64,000 nucleotides of DNA, taken from the NCBI GenBank assembly GCA_029778565.1, contig JAKOQC010000249.1, positions 45,611-109,610 of the forward strand, given 5' to 3'. Under the pieces are notes generated by a model. That model had not been told where the DNA came from, did no database searches, and saw nothing but the letters and a program-made list of their open reading frames with translations. This DNA comes from a bacterium (lineage in GTDB: Bacteria; Patescibacteriota; Saccharimonadia; CAILAD01; BJGX01). Numbering within the stretch: the stretch's first letter is position 1; the number at the start of each line of letters is the position of its first letter. Made by a program: the position numbers and the translations under genes. This document shows positions 17,600 to 27,896 of the stretch, in pieces.

Positions 17600-18064
17600 G
17601 TGAGTTAGCGCACAATCGCTCGTTTTTTACGAGAGGAAAGTCCGAACAGCACAGAGTACAGTAGTTGCTAACGGCAACCTAGGGTAACCTACGGGAAAGT
17701 GCCGCAGAAACTATACCGCCCCTCACCATATCACTTGAGTTACGAGTGATATGGTGAGGGGTAAGGGTGAAAAGAGTGTCCTCGCTTGCGAGGAGTAAGT
17801 TTTAATCACACAGTGATCAATATTTACAGGTAAGAGCTCACAATCTTAGTTGGTGACAATTAAGAGTTGGTAAACCCTGCTGGCTGCAAGATTAATGGAT
17901 CCTTCTACATATTGTAGACAAGTTACTCGCTTGAGAAATAGGATATATCGCATGATCCCACGCCATCTGATGGTGCGGGACGCCCGGAAACGGGAAGATA
18001 GATGATTGTGGTCTCTCACTATGCAATGGTGAGAGATACAGAATTCGGCTTATAACTAACTCAC
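17600..18064 (+). ncRNA. rnpB: RNase P RNA (bacterial type)
   Basis: P4 strands GAGAGGAAAGUCCGAAC (17631-) and ACAGAAUUCGGCUUAUAA (18036-) with compensatory pairing CCGAA/UUCGG. P1 GUGAGUUAG (17600-17608) pairs with CUAACUCAC (18056-18064). No ORF on either strand. Confidence 0.85.
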
Positions 18065-18068
18065 ACCA

Positions 18069-18098
18069 GAAAAAGCTCTATTGAATAGGGCTTTTTTG
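18069..18098 (+). terminator. intrinsic terminator after rnpB
   Basis: AAAAAGCUCUAUUGAAUAGGGCUUUUUU imperfect hairpin plus U6. Confidence 0.5.
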
Positions 18099-18114
18099 GT
18101 ATAATAAAGCAAGC

Positions 18115-19536
18115 ATGAAAAAACGCAGCGAGCTGGCATTTTTGCTTATACATATACCAATAGACTATCTTATGATTGTTTTTGGATTTGCTCTGGCGTA
18201 CTTAATTCGAGAAGGGCAAGCCAAACCGTTTGCCTATTCGATAGCAGGACGACAGTACCTACTCGGTCTTTTAGTACTGTTGATTAGTTGGTTAGTAATT
18301 TATGCACTCTTTGGTTTATATAGTTTTAGTAGCGCTCACCGTTCGCGTTTGAGCGAGTTTAGTCGTATCGTGGGGGCTTCGGCAATTGGTACTACACTAC
18401 TAATTATTTTCGATTTCTTTTCTACTAATCCAATCTTTCCGTCGAAGGCTGTACCAATATATGCATTCTTGTTTGCTACGGTTTTAGTCTGTTTAGCTCG
18501 ATATAGTCTTTATTTATTACAACAGCTTTTATATCGCTATCAATTTGGAACTCACAATACGTTGATATTAGGTAGTGGCCCAGCGCGGATAGAGCTCGAG
18601 AATGTATTGAATAATATGGCACGTGGATACCATATTGTTGCAAATAATACTACAAAAAGTTTTTTTAGCCAGAAAAATTGGCAAGAACTTCAGAGCAAGT
18701 ACAATTTAGATGATATCTTTTATATCGATAACAGTGAAGATGCAGAAGCAATAACAAAGCTATTATTGTTTTGTCGACAACATCAAGTACAGTTACATGT
18801 GGTACCAACTATTCGTGAGCTCTATGGCACTACTATGAAAACCGCCCGACTTGGTGATATGGCGTTACTAGAAGTAATAGCAACACCCTTAGATGGTTGG
18901 GGGCGGGTTGTTAAGCGAATTGTTGATCTCTTATTGTGTATGGCGGTACTCTGCATAGCTCTACCGGTAATGGCAATAATCGCAATTCTGATTAAAATCT
19001 TTGATAATGGTCCGGTGTTTTATACGCACAAAAGAATTACTCGTTCGAGTAAACCATTAAAAATCCTCAAGTTCCGTAGTATGAAACAGATGTACTGTAC
19101 TGGCGGAAAATATGACGGCAAGACAGATTTAGAGGTTTTAAAAACGTTTAATGATCCAGAGTTAATTGCAGAGTTTAAGCGTGATCAAAAAGTGAAGAAT
19201 GATCCGCGTGTAAGTTCGATTGGTCGTTTTTTACGTCGCACCAGCTTAGATGAATTACCGCAGCTGTTTAATGTATTAGCAGGACAGCTCAGCTTTGTAG
19301 GGCCTCGACCGATTGTAGAAAATGAACTTAGTCGCTATGGTGATGAATCGGGAATTTTCTTACATATTAAGCCGGGTCTAACTGGACTATGGCAGGTTTC
19401 TGGCAGGAATGATATTGACTATGATTCTCGGGTAAAATTAGACATTTACTATATAGAAAATTGGAGTTTGGGACTAGATATCTCTATTCTGTTTCGAACA
19501 ATTCCGGTTGTTCTATTTGGTAGAAGTGGATATTAG
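18115..19536 (+). CDS. polyprenyl-phosphate glycosyl-1-phosphotransferase (WbaP/EpsL-type bacterial sugar transferase)
   Basis: Four N-terminal TM helices. C-terminal domain has [45 protein letters not shown], diagnostic of the Bac_transf family. Confidence 0.8.
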   Translation: MKKRSELAFLLIHIPIDYLMIVFGFALAYLIREGQAKPFAYSIAGRQYLLGLLVLLISWLVIYALFGLYSFSSAHRSRLSEFSRIVGASAIGTTLLIIFDFFSTNPIFPSKAVPIYAFLFATVLVCLARYSLYLLQQLLYRYQFGTHNTLILGSGPARIELENVLNNMARGYHIVANNTTKSFFSQKNWQELQSKYNLDDIFYIDNSEDAEAITKLLLFCRQHQVQLHVVPTIRELYGTTMKTARLGDMALLEVIATPLDGWGRVVKRIVDLLLCMAVLCIALPVMAIIAILIKIFDNGPVFYTHKRITRSSKPLKILKFRSMKQMYCTGGKYDGKTDLEVLKTFNDPELIAEFKRDQKVKNDPRVSSIGRFLRRTSLDELPQLFNVLAGQLSFVGPRPIVENELSRYGDESGIFLHIKPGLTGLWQVSGRNDIDYDSRVKLDIYYIENWSLGLDISILFRTIPVVLFGRSGY

Positions 19537-19542
19537 GAGTTT

Positions 19543-20649
19543 ATGAGGGTAGCAATTGTACATGATTGGCTCACTAACCTAGGTGGAGCAGAACGAGTAG
19601 TTGAGGTATTAAGCCGAGAGTATCCAGAGGCACCAATTTATACCAGTGTGTATGATGATACTCGATTAGATTTGTTTAAAGACAAGCAAATTACTACCTC
19701 ATTTTTGCAACATTGGCCATTTTCAAAAAAACGACATCAGCTCTATCCAACACTCAGAAGGTATGTCTTTGAGAGCTTTGATTTTTCAGACTATGATTTG
19801 GTCATTACATCGGCAAGCGCTGAAGCTAAAGGAGTAATTACTCGTAGTGAGACCCTACACGTAGCCTATATTCATACGCCTACTCGTTATTATTGGAGTG
19901 GTTATAGCGACTATGTAAAAAATCCCGGATATGGTGTACTTAATCCGCTTATAAAGCTGATTCTCCCGAGACTGGTAAAAACAATGCGTTATTGGGATTA
20001 TGCGGCTGCTGCACGGGCCGATGTGGTGATAGCTAATTCACAAACGGTTGCCCGGCGTATTAAAGAGTATTATAACCGTGAAGCTAGAGTGATTTATCCA
20101 CCGGTAAATGTAAAAAGATTTGCAAACCCTATAACAAAAAATGAAGGCTATTATTTGGTTGTAAGTCGCCTTATACCATATAAGCGAATTGATCTGGCAG
20201 TGCAGGCTTGCAACGAGCTTGGTAAAGAATTGATTGTGGTAGGTAAGGGCAGCGAACTAGGAAAACTACGCAAACTTGCAGGTAAAACAATTCGATTCGA
20301 TACTGAGGCGAGTGATGAGGCAGTGGTAAAATATATACAAAAGTGCAAAGCGTTCTTGTTTGCGGGCTTTGAGGATTTTGGTATTACACCGGTAGAAGCA
20401 ATGGCTGCGGGTAAGCCAATAATTGGGTATGCTAACGGTGGTTTGGGTGAGACAGTCATTAACGGTACTACCGGTATTTTGTTTAAACAACAAACTATAC
20501 GTGATATGAAGGATGCGATAGAAAAATTTGAGCAAACCACATTTAGTGCAGTAAAAATAGCACAGCATGCTCAAAATTTTTCTGAAGCTATTTTTGCAAA
20601 GAAAATGAAAGAAGTGATAGATGAAGCCCTCACTAAAAAACAGACCTAG
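19543..20649 (+). CDS. GT4-family glycosyltransferase
   Basis: GT-B fold pattern, EDFGITPVEAMAAGKPIIG (E-x7-E region) typical of GT4 retaining glycosyltransferases. Confidence 0.7.
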   Translation: MRVAIVHDWLTNLGGAERVVEVLSREYPEAPIYTSVYDDTRLDLFKDKQITTSFLQHWPFSKKRHQLYPTLRRYVFESFDFSDYDLVITSASAEAKGVITRSETLHVAYIHTPTRYYWSGYSDYVKNPGYGVLNPLIKLILPRLVKTMRYWDYAAAARADVVIANSQTVARRIKEYYNREARVIYPPVNVKRFANPITKNEGYYLVVSRLIPYKRIDLAVQACNELGKELIVVGKGSELGKLRKLAGKTIRFDTEASDEAVVKYIQKCKAFLFAGFEDFGITPVEAMAAGKPIIGYANGGLGETVINGTTGILFKQQTIRDMKDAIEKFEQTTFSAVKIAQHAQNFSEAIFAKKMKEVIDEALTKKQT

Positions 20650-22066
20650 ACCAACCCTATTACAGGCAATGGCAATTGCTGCTGGAATGATTTTTGTGGC
20701 TTTTTTGATAGTTTTTGTGGTTAATAAAGTAATAAGTACAACAATACCCACTCCAAAGGAACTTCAATACAGCCATTTGTATGAGTATTTTAGTGGTAAA
20801 ACTAAGCCCACCAAAACTCTAATAGTTTTTGCGAATAATGCGGAGCAACGTTTTGGTGGGGGGTTTCTTGGTTCGTATGCAATCTTGCAGGGTAACAACG
20901 GAAAATTTAATCTGAGCGATGTAAATAATATTTACAATATAGACTATGACACGGTAAATGCTAAGCTGGGTATTCCGGTGCCAGAATACATGAAATACTT
21001 GGCTCCGTATTTGAGTCTGCGTGATAGTGGCTTGGTTCATAATTGGCCTACGAATGCTCAAGAAGCAATGAAATTTTACAATGCTGATACAGGTGATAAT
21101 GTAGATGCAGTGATAGAAGTAACACCCCAGGTCTTGCGTGAGTTATTAAAAGAAACCGGCCCAGTTACTCTAAAAGACTATAATCTGACTATTACAGATG
21201 AGAATTTTCTCGAGAAAGTACAGTTAGAAGTAGAGGCCGGAAAAGATAAAATTGCCGGAAAAGACCCAAAGGCTGGTATCCTTACTGGCCTTGCCCAGGT
21301 ACTAATGCAACGTTTGGCCGCTCAGCAGAATATTCAAACACTTGCTCATTATTCAAATCTGTTTACTAAACTTGCTAATGAAAAACATATTTTACTCTAT
21401 AGTAATGATCCAACCGTACAGGCCCAAATAGAGGAGCTCGGCTTCTCGGGAAGTATTAAAAAGACCGACTATAATTATTTTCAGATAACAGAGGCTAACT
21501 TTGGGGCTGATAAGAGCAGTCCGTTTATCGAACAAAAGGTAAATTATGATCAAACAATACTGCTAGATGGCACCAGTAGTGTTGTTGTTGATATCTCTCG
21601 CCGTCACACAAAACCGCAAAGTTTTCCGTATACAAATCCTTATACCAACAAACCAGACTGGCTAATAAAAAGTAATATTTCGTATATGCAAGTTCTTGTG
21701 CCATACGATTCACAACTAAAAAGTTTTTCTGGGGTTGATAAGATTACTACCAGTTATGAGAAGCCCATCCAACAACTTAGTTATATTTCTCTGTTAGGTC
21801 CACTTGGTCCGCCCCAGACTGTTCGGCTGAATTATTCTGTGCCACAACATTATGATGTTGGCAGAAACATTACGGTAAATCTTCTAGTGCAGAAACAATC
21901 GGGTGGTTGGCCATATGGCTTGGTATATCGCTTGCACACACCAGCAGGGTATCACTTGGTGGCAAGTAGTGATAACCATACAGCCGCAATAGATGCCAAT
22001 ACTACCGAGCTTCGTGCTACAATTAATACAGATGCCATCTTGAGTTTTGTATATGAAAAAGACTAA
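20621..22066 (+). CDS. hypothetical membrane-anchored extracytoplasmic protein
   Basis: N-terminal TM anchor (AIAAGMIFVAFLIVFVV), the rest predicted outside. Sits between the glycosyltransferase genes and the MacB-type ABC pair. Confidence 0.3.
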   Translation: MKPSLKNRPRPTLLQAMAIAAGMIFVAFLIVFVVNKVISTTIPTPKELQYSHLYEYFSGKTKPTKTLIVFANNAEQRFGGGFLGSYAILQGNNGKFNLSDVNNIYNIDYDTVNAKLGIPVPEYMKYLAPYLSLRDSGLVHNWPTNAQEAMKFYNADTGDNVDAVIEVTPQVLRELLKETGPVTLKDYNLTITDENFLEKVQLEVEAGKDKIAGKDPKAGILTGLAQVLMQRLAAQQNIQTLAHYSNLFTKLANEKHILLYSNDPTVQAQIEELGFSGSIKKTDYNYFQITEANFGADKSSPFIEQKVNYDQTILLDGTSSVVVDISRRHTKPQSFPYTNPYTNKPDWLIKSNISYMQVLVPYDSQLKSFSGVDKITTSYEKPIQQLSYISLLGPLGPPQTVRLNYSVPQHYDVGRNITVNLLVQKQSGGWPYGLVYRLHTPAGYHLVASSDNHTAAIDANTTELRATINTDAILSFVYEKD

Positions 22067-22094
22067 TCAAAAAAAATCTCACAACGTTATTTAC

Positions 22095-22763
22095 ATGAAG
22101 TCACTCAGCAAACGCTACGATGATGAGGCGGGTGTTTTAGATGCTCTAAAGGGAATTAACCTTGAAATAAAAGATGGTGATTTTATTGCTATTATGGGAC
22201 CATCTGGCTCGGGTAAATCGACACTAATGAATATAATTGGTTTACTCGATAGACCAACTGCAGGTGTATTTTTATTGGATGATGTAGATATTGCTACACT
22301 TTCTGAGAAAGAACTGGCTCGTTTGCGACGAGATAAGATTGGTTTTGTGTTTCAGAGTTTTAATCTGTTGCCGCGGCTGAATGTTTTTCAGAATGTTGAG
22401 CTTCCAATGGTCTATGCCAGAAAAAGTAAGTCCGAACGCAAGCTAAAGGTTGCCGAGGTTTTAGAGAAGGTAGGGTTGGCCGATAAGGCAAAAAATCGAT
22501 CAAATAGAATGAGTGGTGGCCAGATACAACGTGTGGCAATTGCTCGTGCACTCACTAACAACCCAAGTCTTATTCTTGCCGACGAACCAACTGGTAATCT
22601 TGATACTAAAACCGGAGAAGAGATAATGGATTTGCTAAAAAGCTTGAATCAGCAAGGAGTAACTATTGTACTCGTTACTCACAATCCTGAAGTAGGAAAG
22701 TATGCCAACAAGATCGTATGGGTAAAAGACGGCTTACTTACTAAGAAGAAGGTGCCGGTATGA
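22095..22763 (+). CDS. ABC transporter ATP-binding protein (MacB/LolD/FtsE-like)
   Basis: Walker [10 protein letters not shown], signature [15 protein letters not shown], Walker [12 protein letters not shown]. Start moved to MKSLSKRY so it does not overlap the upstream gene (longest ORF starts at 22047). Confidence 0.85.
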   Translation: MKSLSKRYDDEAGVLDALKGINLEIKDGDFIAIMGPSGSGKSTLMNIIGLLDRPTAGVFLLDDVDIATLSEKELARLRRDKIGFVFQSFNLLPRLNVFQNVELPMVYARKSKSERKLKVAEVLEKVGLADKAKNRSNRMSGGQIQRVAIARALTNNPSLILADEPTGNLDTKTGEEIMDLLKSLNQQGVTIVLVTHNPEVGKYANKIVWVKDGLLTKKKVPV

Positions 22764-24007
22764 TTTTGCAAAATATCAAAATGGCGCTTATTAGTATTCG
22801 TTCGGCCAAAATGCGTTCGTTTTTAACGATGCTCGGTATTATTATTGGCGTTTTTGCCGTCTTAGTTATGATAGGCATTGGCGATGGGGTAAAGAGTCAA
22901 GTTTCTAGTCAAGTTTCGAGCTTGGGCTCTAATTTACTTACAGTTACATCTGGACAGATAGGTGGTAGCGGGACGACTGCAAAGAATGGACAGCAACAAA
23001 AAGGTGGTGGTGGGTTTAATTTTGCCAGCTCGGTTGGTACATCTACACTTACTTCTCAAGACGTAAAAACAATCGAACAAACTAAGAATGTTACTGCAAC
23101 CGCACCATTTAATATTGTTTCTTCCAATGTAGCTTACCAAGATTTATCAACAAGCTCACCATTTATCTCTGGGACAACTGCAAACTATAGTGATATTCGA
23201 CAGCTCAAGTTAGAGAATGGTGCATTTTTTACAACAAAAGATAACGATAATAATGCAAAAGTAGCAGTTTTAGGGGCTGATACTAAGCAAAATCTATTTG
23301 CTGATGGTGATGCGCTAGGTAAAGAGATTGTTATACGAGGGCAGAAATTTACCGTGGTGGGCGTGATAAAAAAATCTGACACAGGCGCGGGTTTTGGTGC
23401 CAGTTCTGACGATATTGTCTATATTCCTATTAACACAGCCAACCAAGTTACGAATTCAAACCAAATATTCCGTATTCTAGTGCAAGTAAATGATCCAAAA
23501 AACATCTCGTCTACACAAAACGCTATTAAAGACGCCTTAAAAACAAATCATGCTGGTCAAGAAGACTTTAGCGTACTTACCCAAGAAGACCTGCTTTCTA
23601 CCTTTAATACAATTCTCGATCTTCTTACTGCCTTTGTGGTAGCAATTGCATCAATTAGTTTGTTGGTAGGAGGAATAGGTATTATGAATATAATGCTTGT
23701 AACCGTGAGTGAGCGTACTAGAGAAATAGGTATACGCAAAGCTATTGGTGCAACCAGTGGTAATATACTTAGTCAGTTCTTAATAGAAGCAGTTATACTT
23801 TCGGTAATTGGTGGATTACTGGGTCTGGCACTCAGTTACGTTGCTGGCTTAGTAGTGAAAAAGTTTGCTGGTATCACACCAGTATTTAGCCTTAAAGCGC
23901 TTGTGCTTGCCCTTGGTGTGAGTTTGTTTGTGGGAGTTGTGTTTGGAGTTGCCCCAGCCATTAAAGCCGCTCGTAAGCGCCCTATACAAGCCCTAAAGGC
24001 ATTGTAG
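22760..24007 (+). CDS. ABC transporter permease (FtsX/MacB-type, 4 TM with large extracytoplasmic loop)
   Basis: N-terminal TM, long loop, C-terminal three TM with ERTREIGIRKAIGAT motif typical of FtsX-like permeases. Start overlaps the ATPase gene. Confidence 0.8.
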   Translation: MILQNIKMALISIRSAKMRSFLTMLGIIIGVFAVLVMIGIGDGVKSQVSSQVSSLGSNLLTVTSGQIGGSGTTAKNGQQQKGGGGFNFASSVGTSTLTSQDVKTIEQTKNVTATAPFNIVSSNVAYQDLSTSSPFISGTTANYSDIRQLKLENGAFFTTKDNDNNAKVAVLGADTKQNLFADGDALGKEIVIRGQKFTVVGVIKKSDTGAGFGASSDDIVYIPINTANQVTNSNQIFRILVQVNDPKNISSTQNAIKDALKTNHAGQEDFSVLTQEDLLSTFNTILDLLTAFVVAIASISLLVGGIGIMNIMLVTVSERTREIGIRKAIGATSGNILSQFLIEAVILSVIGGLLGLALSYVAGLVVKKFAGITPVFSLKALVLALGVSLFVGVVFGVAPAIKAARKRPIQALKAL

Positions 24008-24011
24008 AAGT

Positions 24012-24659
24012 TTAGAAAACAATATTGTAGAGTCTGTCTTGTAAAGTGGTTGTATGATCACCACTACAACTAGCTGGATCTTTTTTAAGGTTATATTCAC
24101 TGGCTTTATTTGGTATGTCATTATCTCGAGCTATAAGCTCGGCGTCTGTCTCACTGCCATAGTTAATTAATAACTTGTCTTCCGATCTAATAACTATGCC
24201 GCTTAGTGAATCAAGTTTGCGTCCATTGAGTAGGTAGGTTACCTTATTCTCTGGGTTGTCTTGATATACTTTACCAGCGAGATTTACATAACCTTTCTGA
24301 GCCGAGGAATTAATATTTTCGAGGAATTGAGCATAGGTAACTCCATTAGCATGCACATGAATAACATCATAAACATTATTGTGCATATGAGCGCGGTGAA
24401 GGGGGTCAGAATCGTCATTAATAGAGCAGCTGGCGACTTCTTGGTAGAATGCTGGTTCGGGAAACATTTGTTGTTGTCCGTTAATCCAAACCTGCCAATT
24501 GGCATGATAATGTGTGGCGTGGTCGGGCTTGTAGGTAATAAATCGAAAAAGAGCAAAAAGTACTAATCCAACAAGCACACCAATAAGAATGGAGTTAACA
24601 ATAACAAGCGTATTTTCTGTTTTTTCTGGTTGTGAAGTGGGTTTTTTTGCAGCTTTCAT
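24012..24659 (-). CDS. hypothetical membrane-anchored protein
   Basis: Single N-terminal TM, His-rich extracytoplasmic domain. No family recognised. Confidence 0.3.
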   Translation of the reverse strand: MKAAKKPTSQPEKTENTLVIVNSILIGVLVGLVLFALFRFITYKPDHATHYHANWQVWINGQQQMFPEPAFYQEVASCSINDDSDPLHRAHMHNNVYDVIHVHANGVTYAQFLENINSSAQKGYVNLAGKVYQDNPENKVTYLLNGRKLDSLSGIVIRSEDKLLINYGSETDAELIARDNDIPNKASEYNLKKDPASCSGDHTTTLQDRLYNIVF

Positions 24660-24671
24660 TACTCTATAGTA

Positions 24672-24699
24672 CCAAAAAACCTATCTTATTCGATAGGTT
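24672..24699 (-). terminator. intrinsic terminator downstream of rplT
   Basis: AACCUAUC-GAAUAA-GAUAGGUU hairpin followed by a U-run on the minus strand. Confidence 0.55.
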
Positions 24700-24718
24700 T
24701 TATATCTGGAATCTATTA

Positions 24719-25060
24719 TTACTTAGCTGCTTTAACAACAGCCTCAAATGCTTTTGGCTCGTTAACGGCAAGTTCTGCCAAAGTTTTGCGATCGAGTTTA
24801 ATCTCGGCTTTCTTTAAACCGGCAGTTAAAACAGAATAACTTGTACCATTAATACGGGCAGCGGCACCAATACGTGTAATCCAAAGTGATCGCATATCTC
24901 TTTTTAGATTACGACGATCTCTATATTGATAACTCATTGCTTTTAGTACGGCTTCGTGGGCTTTACGATAACTACTTCGGCGAGTTTTGCTGTAGCCTTT
25001 GGTAAGCTTGAGTACTTTTTTATGTCGTTTGGTGGCTGTTACGCCGCGTTTTACTCTCAT
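24719..25060 (-). CDS. rplT: 50S ribosomal protein L20
   Basis: [41 protein letters not shown]... matches bL20. Confidence 0.9.
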   Translation of the reverse strand: MRVKRGVTATKRHKKVLKLTKGYSKTRRSSYRKAHEAVLKAMSYQYRDRRNLKRDMRSLWITRIGAAARINGTSYSVLTAGLKKAEIKLDRKTLAELAVNEPKAFEAVVKAAK

Positions 25061-25061
25061 C

Positions 25062-25256
25062 TTAGATTCCTAACATTTTCTTAACGTTTTTACTATCACC
25101 CTTAGCAGCATCGTGTTCTAGCGTGTAGGCACGTTTACGTGCAGCTGATTTTAGCGTAAGTTTGTGCGCCCGTGTAGCTTTACGGTGCATTACTTTTCCG
25201 CTACCAGTAACTTTTACTCGTTTAGCGACTGTTTTGTTAGTCTTAATCTTTGGCAT
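25062..25256 (-). CDS. rpmI: 50S ribosomal protein L35
   Basis: [33 protein letters not shown] matches bL35. Confidence 0.9.
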   Translation of the reverse strand: MPKIKTNKTVAKRVKVTGSGKVMHRKATRAHKLTLKSAARKRAYTLEHDAAKGDSKNVKKMLGI

Positions 25257-25848
25257 CTTCTTGCTTTCTTTGACTTTTAACTTCTTTTTTTAGTCCGACA
25301 ACGATAGACATATCGCGTCCGGCTAAGCTTGGATCTGACTCGATAATAGCGATGTCGCTAAGCCCTTCAAAAAATTTATTGAGCACTGCTCGACCTAAAT
25401 CTTGATGAGTCATCTCGCGACCCTTAAAGCGGGCAGTAATTTTTACTTTATTGCCAGCATCTAAGAATTTACGAGCAGCTTTACGCTTAACTTCTATATC
25501 GTGGTCACCAATTTTTAATCCCATTCGAATCTGTTTGACTTCGATGGTTTTCTGCTTTTTACGACTCTTAGCGGCTTGTTTTTCTTGCTCGTACTGGTAC
25601 TTACCCCAATCGAGCAATTTACAAACCGGTGGTTTCGCACCAGGAGAAACTTCGGCTAAGTCGTATCCTTGCTCTGAGGCCATCTGTAGGGCCTGCGAAA
25701 GAGTTACGACGCCAAGCTGTGAACCATCAGCACCCAACAAACGTACGGTTGGGGATTTTATCTCATGATTCAACTTAAAACGTGGTTTTTTCAGTGATTT
25801 CTCCTTAAAGCTCCAGACAATAGTAACACGAATAGCTTGGCAAATCAA
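25243..25848 (-). CDS. infC: translation initiation factor IF-3; non-AUG start (TTG at 25848 or, more likely, CTG at 25794 six nt after AAGGAG)
   Basis: IKSPTVRLLGADGSQLGVVTLSQALQMASEQGYDLAEVSPGAKPPVCKLLDWGKYQYEQEK matches IF-3 N and C domains. infC-rpmI-rplT order conserved. There is no in-frame ATG near the N-terminus. Confidence 0.85.
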   Translation of the reverse strand: MICQAIRVTIVWSFKEKSLKKPRFKLNHEIKSPTVRLLGADGSQLGVVTLSQALQMASEQGYDLAEVSPGAKPPVCKLLDWGKYQYEQEKQAAKSRKKQKTIEVKQIRMGLKIGDHDIEVKRKAARKFLDAGNKVKITARFKGREMTHQDLGRAVLNKFFEGLSDIAIIESDPSLAGRDMSIVVGLKKEVKSQRKQEDAKD

Positions 25849-26663
25849 GACTCTTCTGTTGATAATAATTTGTCGCTTTGGTCTTGGGTAAGCTCAAAAC
25901 CACGCTTTACAATAAGGCGAAGTTTCTTGCTGTGTAAACCAATAGAAACTGGCTTTTTCAGTACCGCACCAAATGGGTCACGAATAGTGCCGGCTGACTC
26001 AATCTGCGCCACCTTAAACGGTAGGCGAAATTGCAGCTGGCTTGATTGCACGTGATTATTCTTAAAGGCGAGGTTTTGCAAAATAGGAGTCGACTCGGTT
26101 TCGAGTTCGTGTTTCTCATAGCCTTCAATAACGAGCGACTTAGAAGGGTGCATACTATCAAATTGTTTGTTCAGGAGTTTTATTGATCCTGTAGGGGATT
26201 TTATTTGTAATTTTTTGTCAATAAAAAATTGTGTAGTACCATCTTCTGGAAGATCTGTAATCTTTAATTGATAGTCGAAAAGCATAAAGTACTGATTAAT
26301 AGAGCAGAGGGTTATCTCAAAGAGTTTACGTTGCGCAATGGCCTTACAGGCATCTTTGTGGTTTTTGAGACCAAGTTTTTGGGCGAGAGTATTTTTGGTA
26401 AGAGGAATGTAGCCAATTACAGCGTTATCATCAAGAAGTTTTGCATAGCTAAGCAGGGCAGAGAAGGTATCTTGTTTGCCTACACAAATATATGCCGAAG
26501 CCGCCTCAGTTTGTTGCTTAAGAATCGTTCCAATCGTAGTAAAATCTTCAACAATATGAAACTCTGCAGTTACATTAAGCTTGCTTGCCCAATCCCTAAG
26601 ATAGGTTAAAAGTGCCTCGTTTTCAGCAGACTTATTATCGATAAAGAGATGATAGTTACTCAT
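25845..26663 (-). CDS. DAGK_cat/YegS-like lipid kinase family protein with degenerate GGDGT motif
   Basis: ICVGKQDTFSALL (in place of GGDGT) and NAVIGYIPLTKNTLAQKLGL (matching LGIIPLGTGNDFARSLG). Weak call. Confidence 0.35.
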   Translation of the reverse strand: MSNYHLFIDNKSAENEALLTYLRDWASKLNVTAEFHIVEDFTTIGTILKQQTEAASAYICVGKQDTFSALLSYAKLLDDNAVIGYIPLTKNTLAQKLGLKNHKDACKAIAQRKLFEITLCSINQYFMLFDYQLKITDLPEDGTTQFFIDKKLQIKSPTGSIKLLNKQFDSMHPSKSLVIEGYEKHELETESTPILQNLAFKNNHVQSSQLQFRLPFKVAQIESAGTIRDPFGAVLKKPVSIGLHSKKLRLIVKRGFELTQDQSDKLLSTEES

Positions 26664-26668
26664 AATTG

Positions 26669-27025
26669 TTAGGTAGTCTTACACTTGGCATTTAGTTGAG
26701 CGCCTTTTTCAACTAAAATATTGGCCGATTCAACACTACCATCCACACTGGCGCAATTTTTTATTTGTACTTCATCGGTAAAACTAGCACTACCTTTATA
26801 TTTGCCTTCAATAATCCCTACACGGGCGTTGAGATCGGCAGTAACATTTGCATTGTTTCCAACTTCAATGAGACCACTTGTAGTTACTTCTCCAGTATAG
26901 CGACCATCCAACAAGATATCGCTTTCAAACTCTACAGTGCCGGCAGCTATAGTTTGTGCCCCTAGGAAAAATTCTGGGTGAACACTAAAACCATGATGGG
27001 TACTTTGTTGTTTATTCCACCACAT
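26669..27025 (-). CDS. bactofilin-family cytoskeletal protein
   Basis: Repetitive beta-helix pattern GxVxGxIxAxxVxIxxxGxVxG (TIAAGTVEFESDILLDGRYTGEVTTSGLIEVGNNANVTADLNARVGIIEG...). Start trimmed to MWWNKQ to avoid overlap with the next gene. Confidence 0.55.
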   Translation of the reverse strand: MWWNKQQSTHHGFSVHPEFFLGAQTIAAGTVEFESDILLDGRYTGEVTTSGLIEVGNNANVTADLNARVGIIEGKYKGSASFTDEVQIKNCASVDGSVESANILVEKGAQLNAKCKTT

Positions 27026-27554
27026 CTTTTTGAGCCTTTTCTCTGTCGAGCGCCTTTTGTAGAGCAATAGTCTCTTCGTCTGAGAGGTTATATTTACTTA
27101 AGCCATCTCGTATTTCCTTAGCATATACTCGAGTACCGGTACGAGCGTGTACACTCGAGAGTACAACACCATTATTATTGTTATCGAGCAAGGCAAGAAC
27201 AAAACTTTGGTTACCGCCAGTATCACCAAATGGATTAAACCGAATAAGCGCCTGCTTAGAGATAGCAAACTTAGAGTTTTGGTGCATTTTGGCAACGAAT
27301 TCGGCCATCTCGTCTATTTTGTTTTGGGCATCAGCTACGTTATGGCTATATTCCTTAATAAGGTCTTCTACTTTTTTTGCACTAGCTCCTTCGAGAAATT
27401 GGCCATATTTTTTTTGTAATTGCCAATACCGCCATTGAGTAAAACCAATTACACCAATGCACGCAAAAAGTATCAAAACAAATAAGCTCGTCTGCATAGT
27501 ACCCCTATTATATCTGGCTAGAGGACTAGCCACAAGAGAAAGTGCCGTGTACAA
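27012..27554 (-). CDS. DUF4446-like membrane-anchored protein
   Basis: N-terminal TM, then ...LIRFNPFGDTGGNQSFVLALLDNNNNGVVLSSVHARTGTRVYAKEI, reminiscent of DUF4446. True start may be the internal MQTS (27497). Confidence 0.35.
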   Translation of the reverse strand: MYTALSLVASPLARYNRGTMQTSLFVLILFACIGVIGFTQWRYWQLQKKYGQFLEGASAKKVEDLIKEYSHNVADAQNKIDEMAEFVAKMHQNSKFAISKQALIRFNPFGDTGGNQSFVLALLDNNNNGVVLSSVHARTGTRVYAKEIRDGLSKYNLSDEETIALQKALDREKAQKDVVE

Positions 27555-27564
27555 TAGCAGCTAT

Positions 27565-27891
27565 ATGGCAAAAAAGAAGAAACATCGCAAGTCTAGCCGC
27601 TCACGCAAGCAGAGAATGCAAGCTACTTCTGCAAATGTAACAGCTTCAAATAATGGGGTGAACCAACGAGAACCTGAATCTGTTGCAGCAGTTACTCTTG
27701 CAGCTAAAAATGAGCAAAAACCCAGCAAGAATCAGATGACTTATGATGATGTTGAGTTAAGCTATGTAAAAGAAGATGTAACTAAGACAGTTGTCTTGGT
27801 TGGGATTATCTTAGCTATCTATGCTGCTGTTTGGTTACTAATGACCTATACCAACCTTAGTATGCAGATTTTGCATATTTTTTCTCGATAG
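27565..27891 (+). CDS. hypothetical basic protein with C-terminal TM helix
   Basis: MAKKKKHRKSSRSRKQR... C-terminal hydrophobic helix. Longer 27457 start would overlap the convergent gene. Confidence 0.25.
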   Translation: MAKKKKHRKSSRSRKQRMQATSANVTASNNGVNQREPESVAAVTLAAKNEQKPSKNQMTYDDVELSYVKEDVTKTVVLVGIILAIYAAVWLLMTYTNLSMQILHIFSR

Positions 27892-27896
27892 ATAAT

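Noticed and set aside
22047-22094. Longer start (MYMKKTNQ...) for the ABC ATPase
   Set aside because: Overlaps the upstream gene by 20 nt and adds a non-conserved 16-aa extension before the typical MKSLSKRY N-terminus. The shorter start is preferred but not proven.
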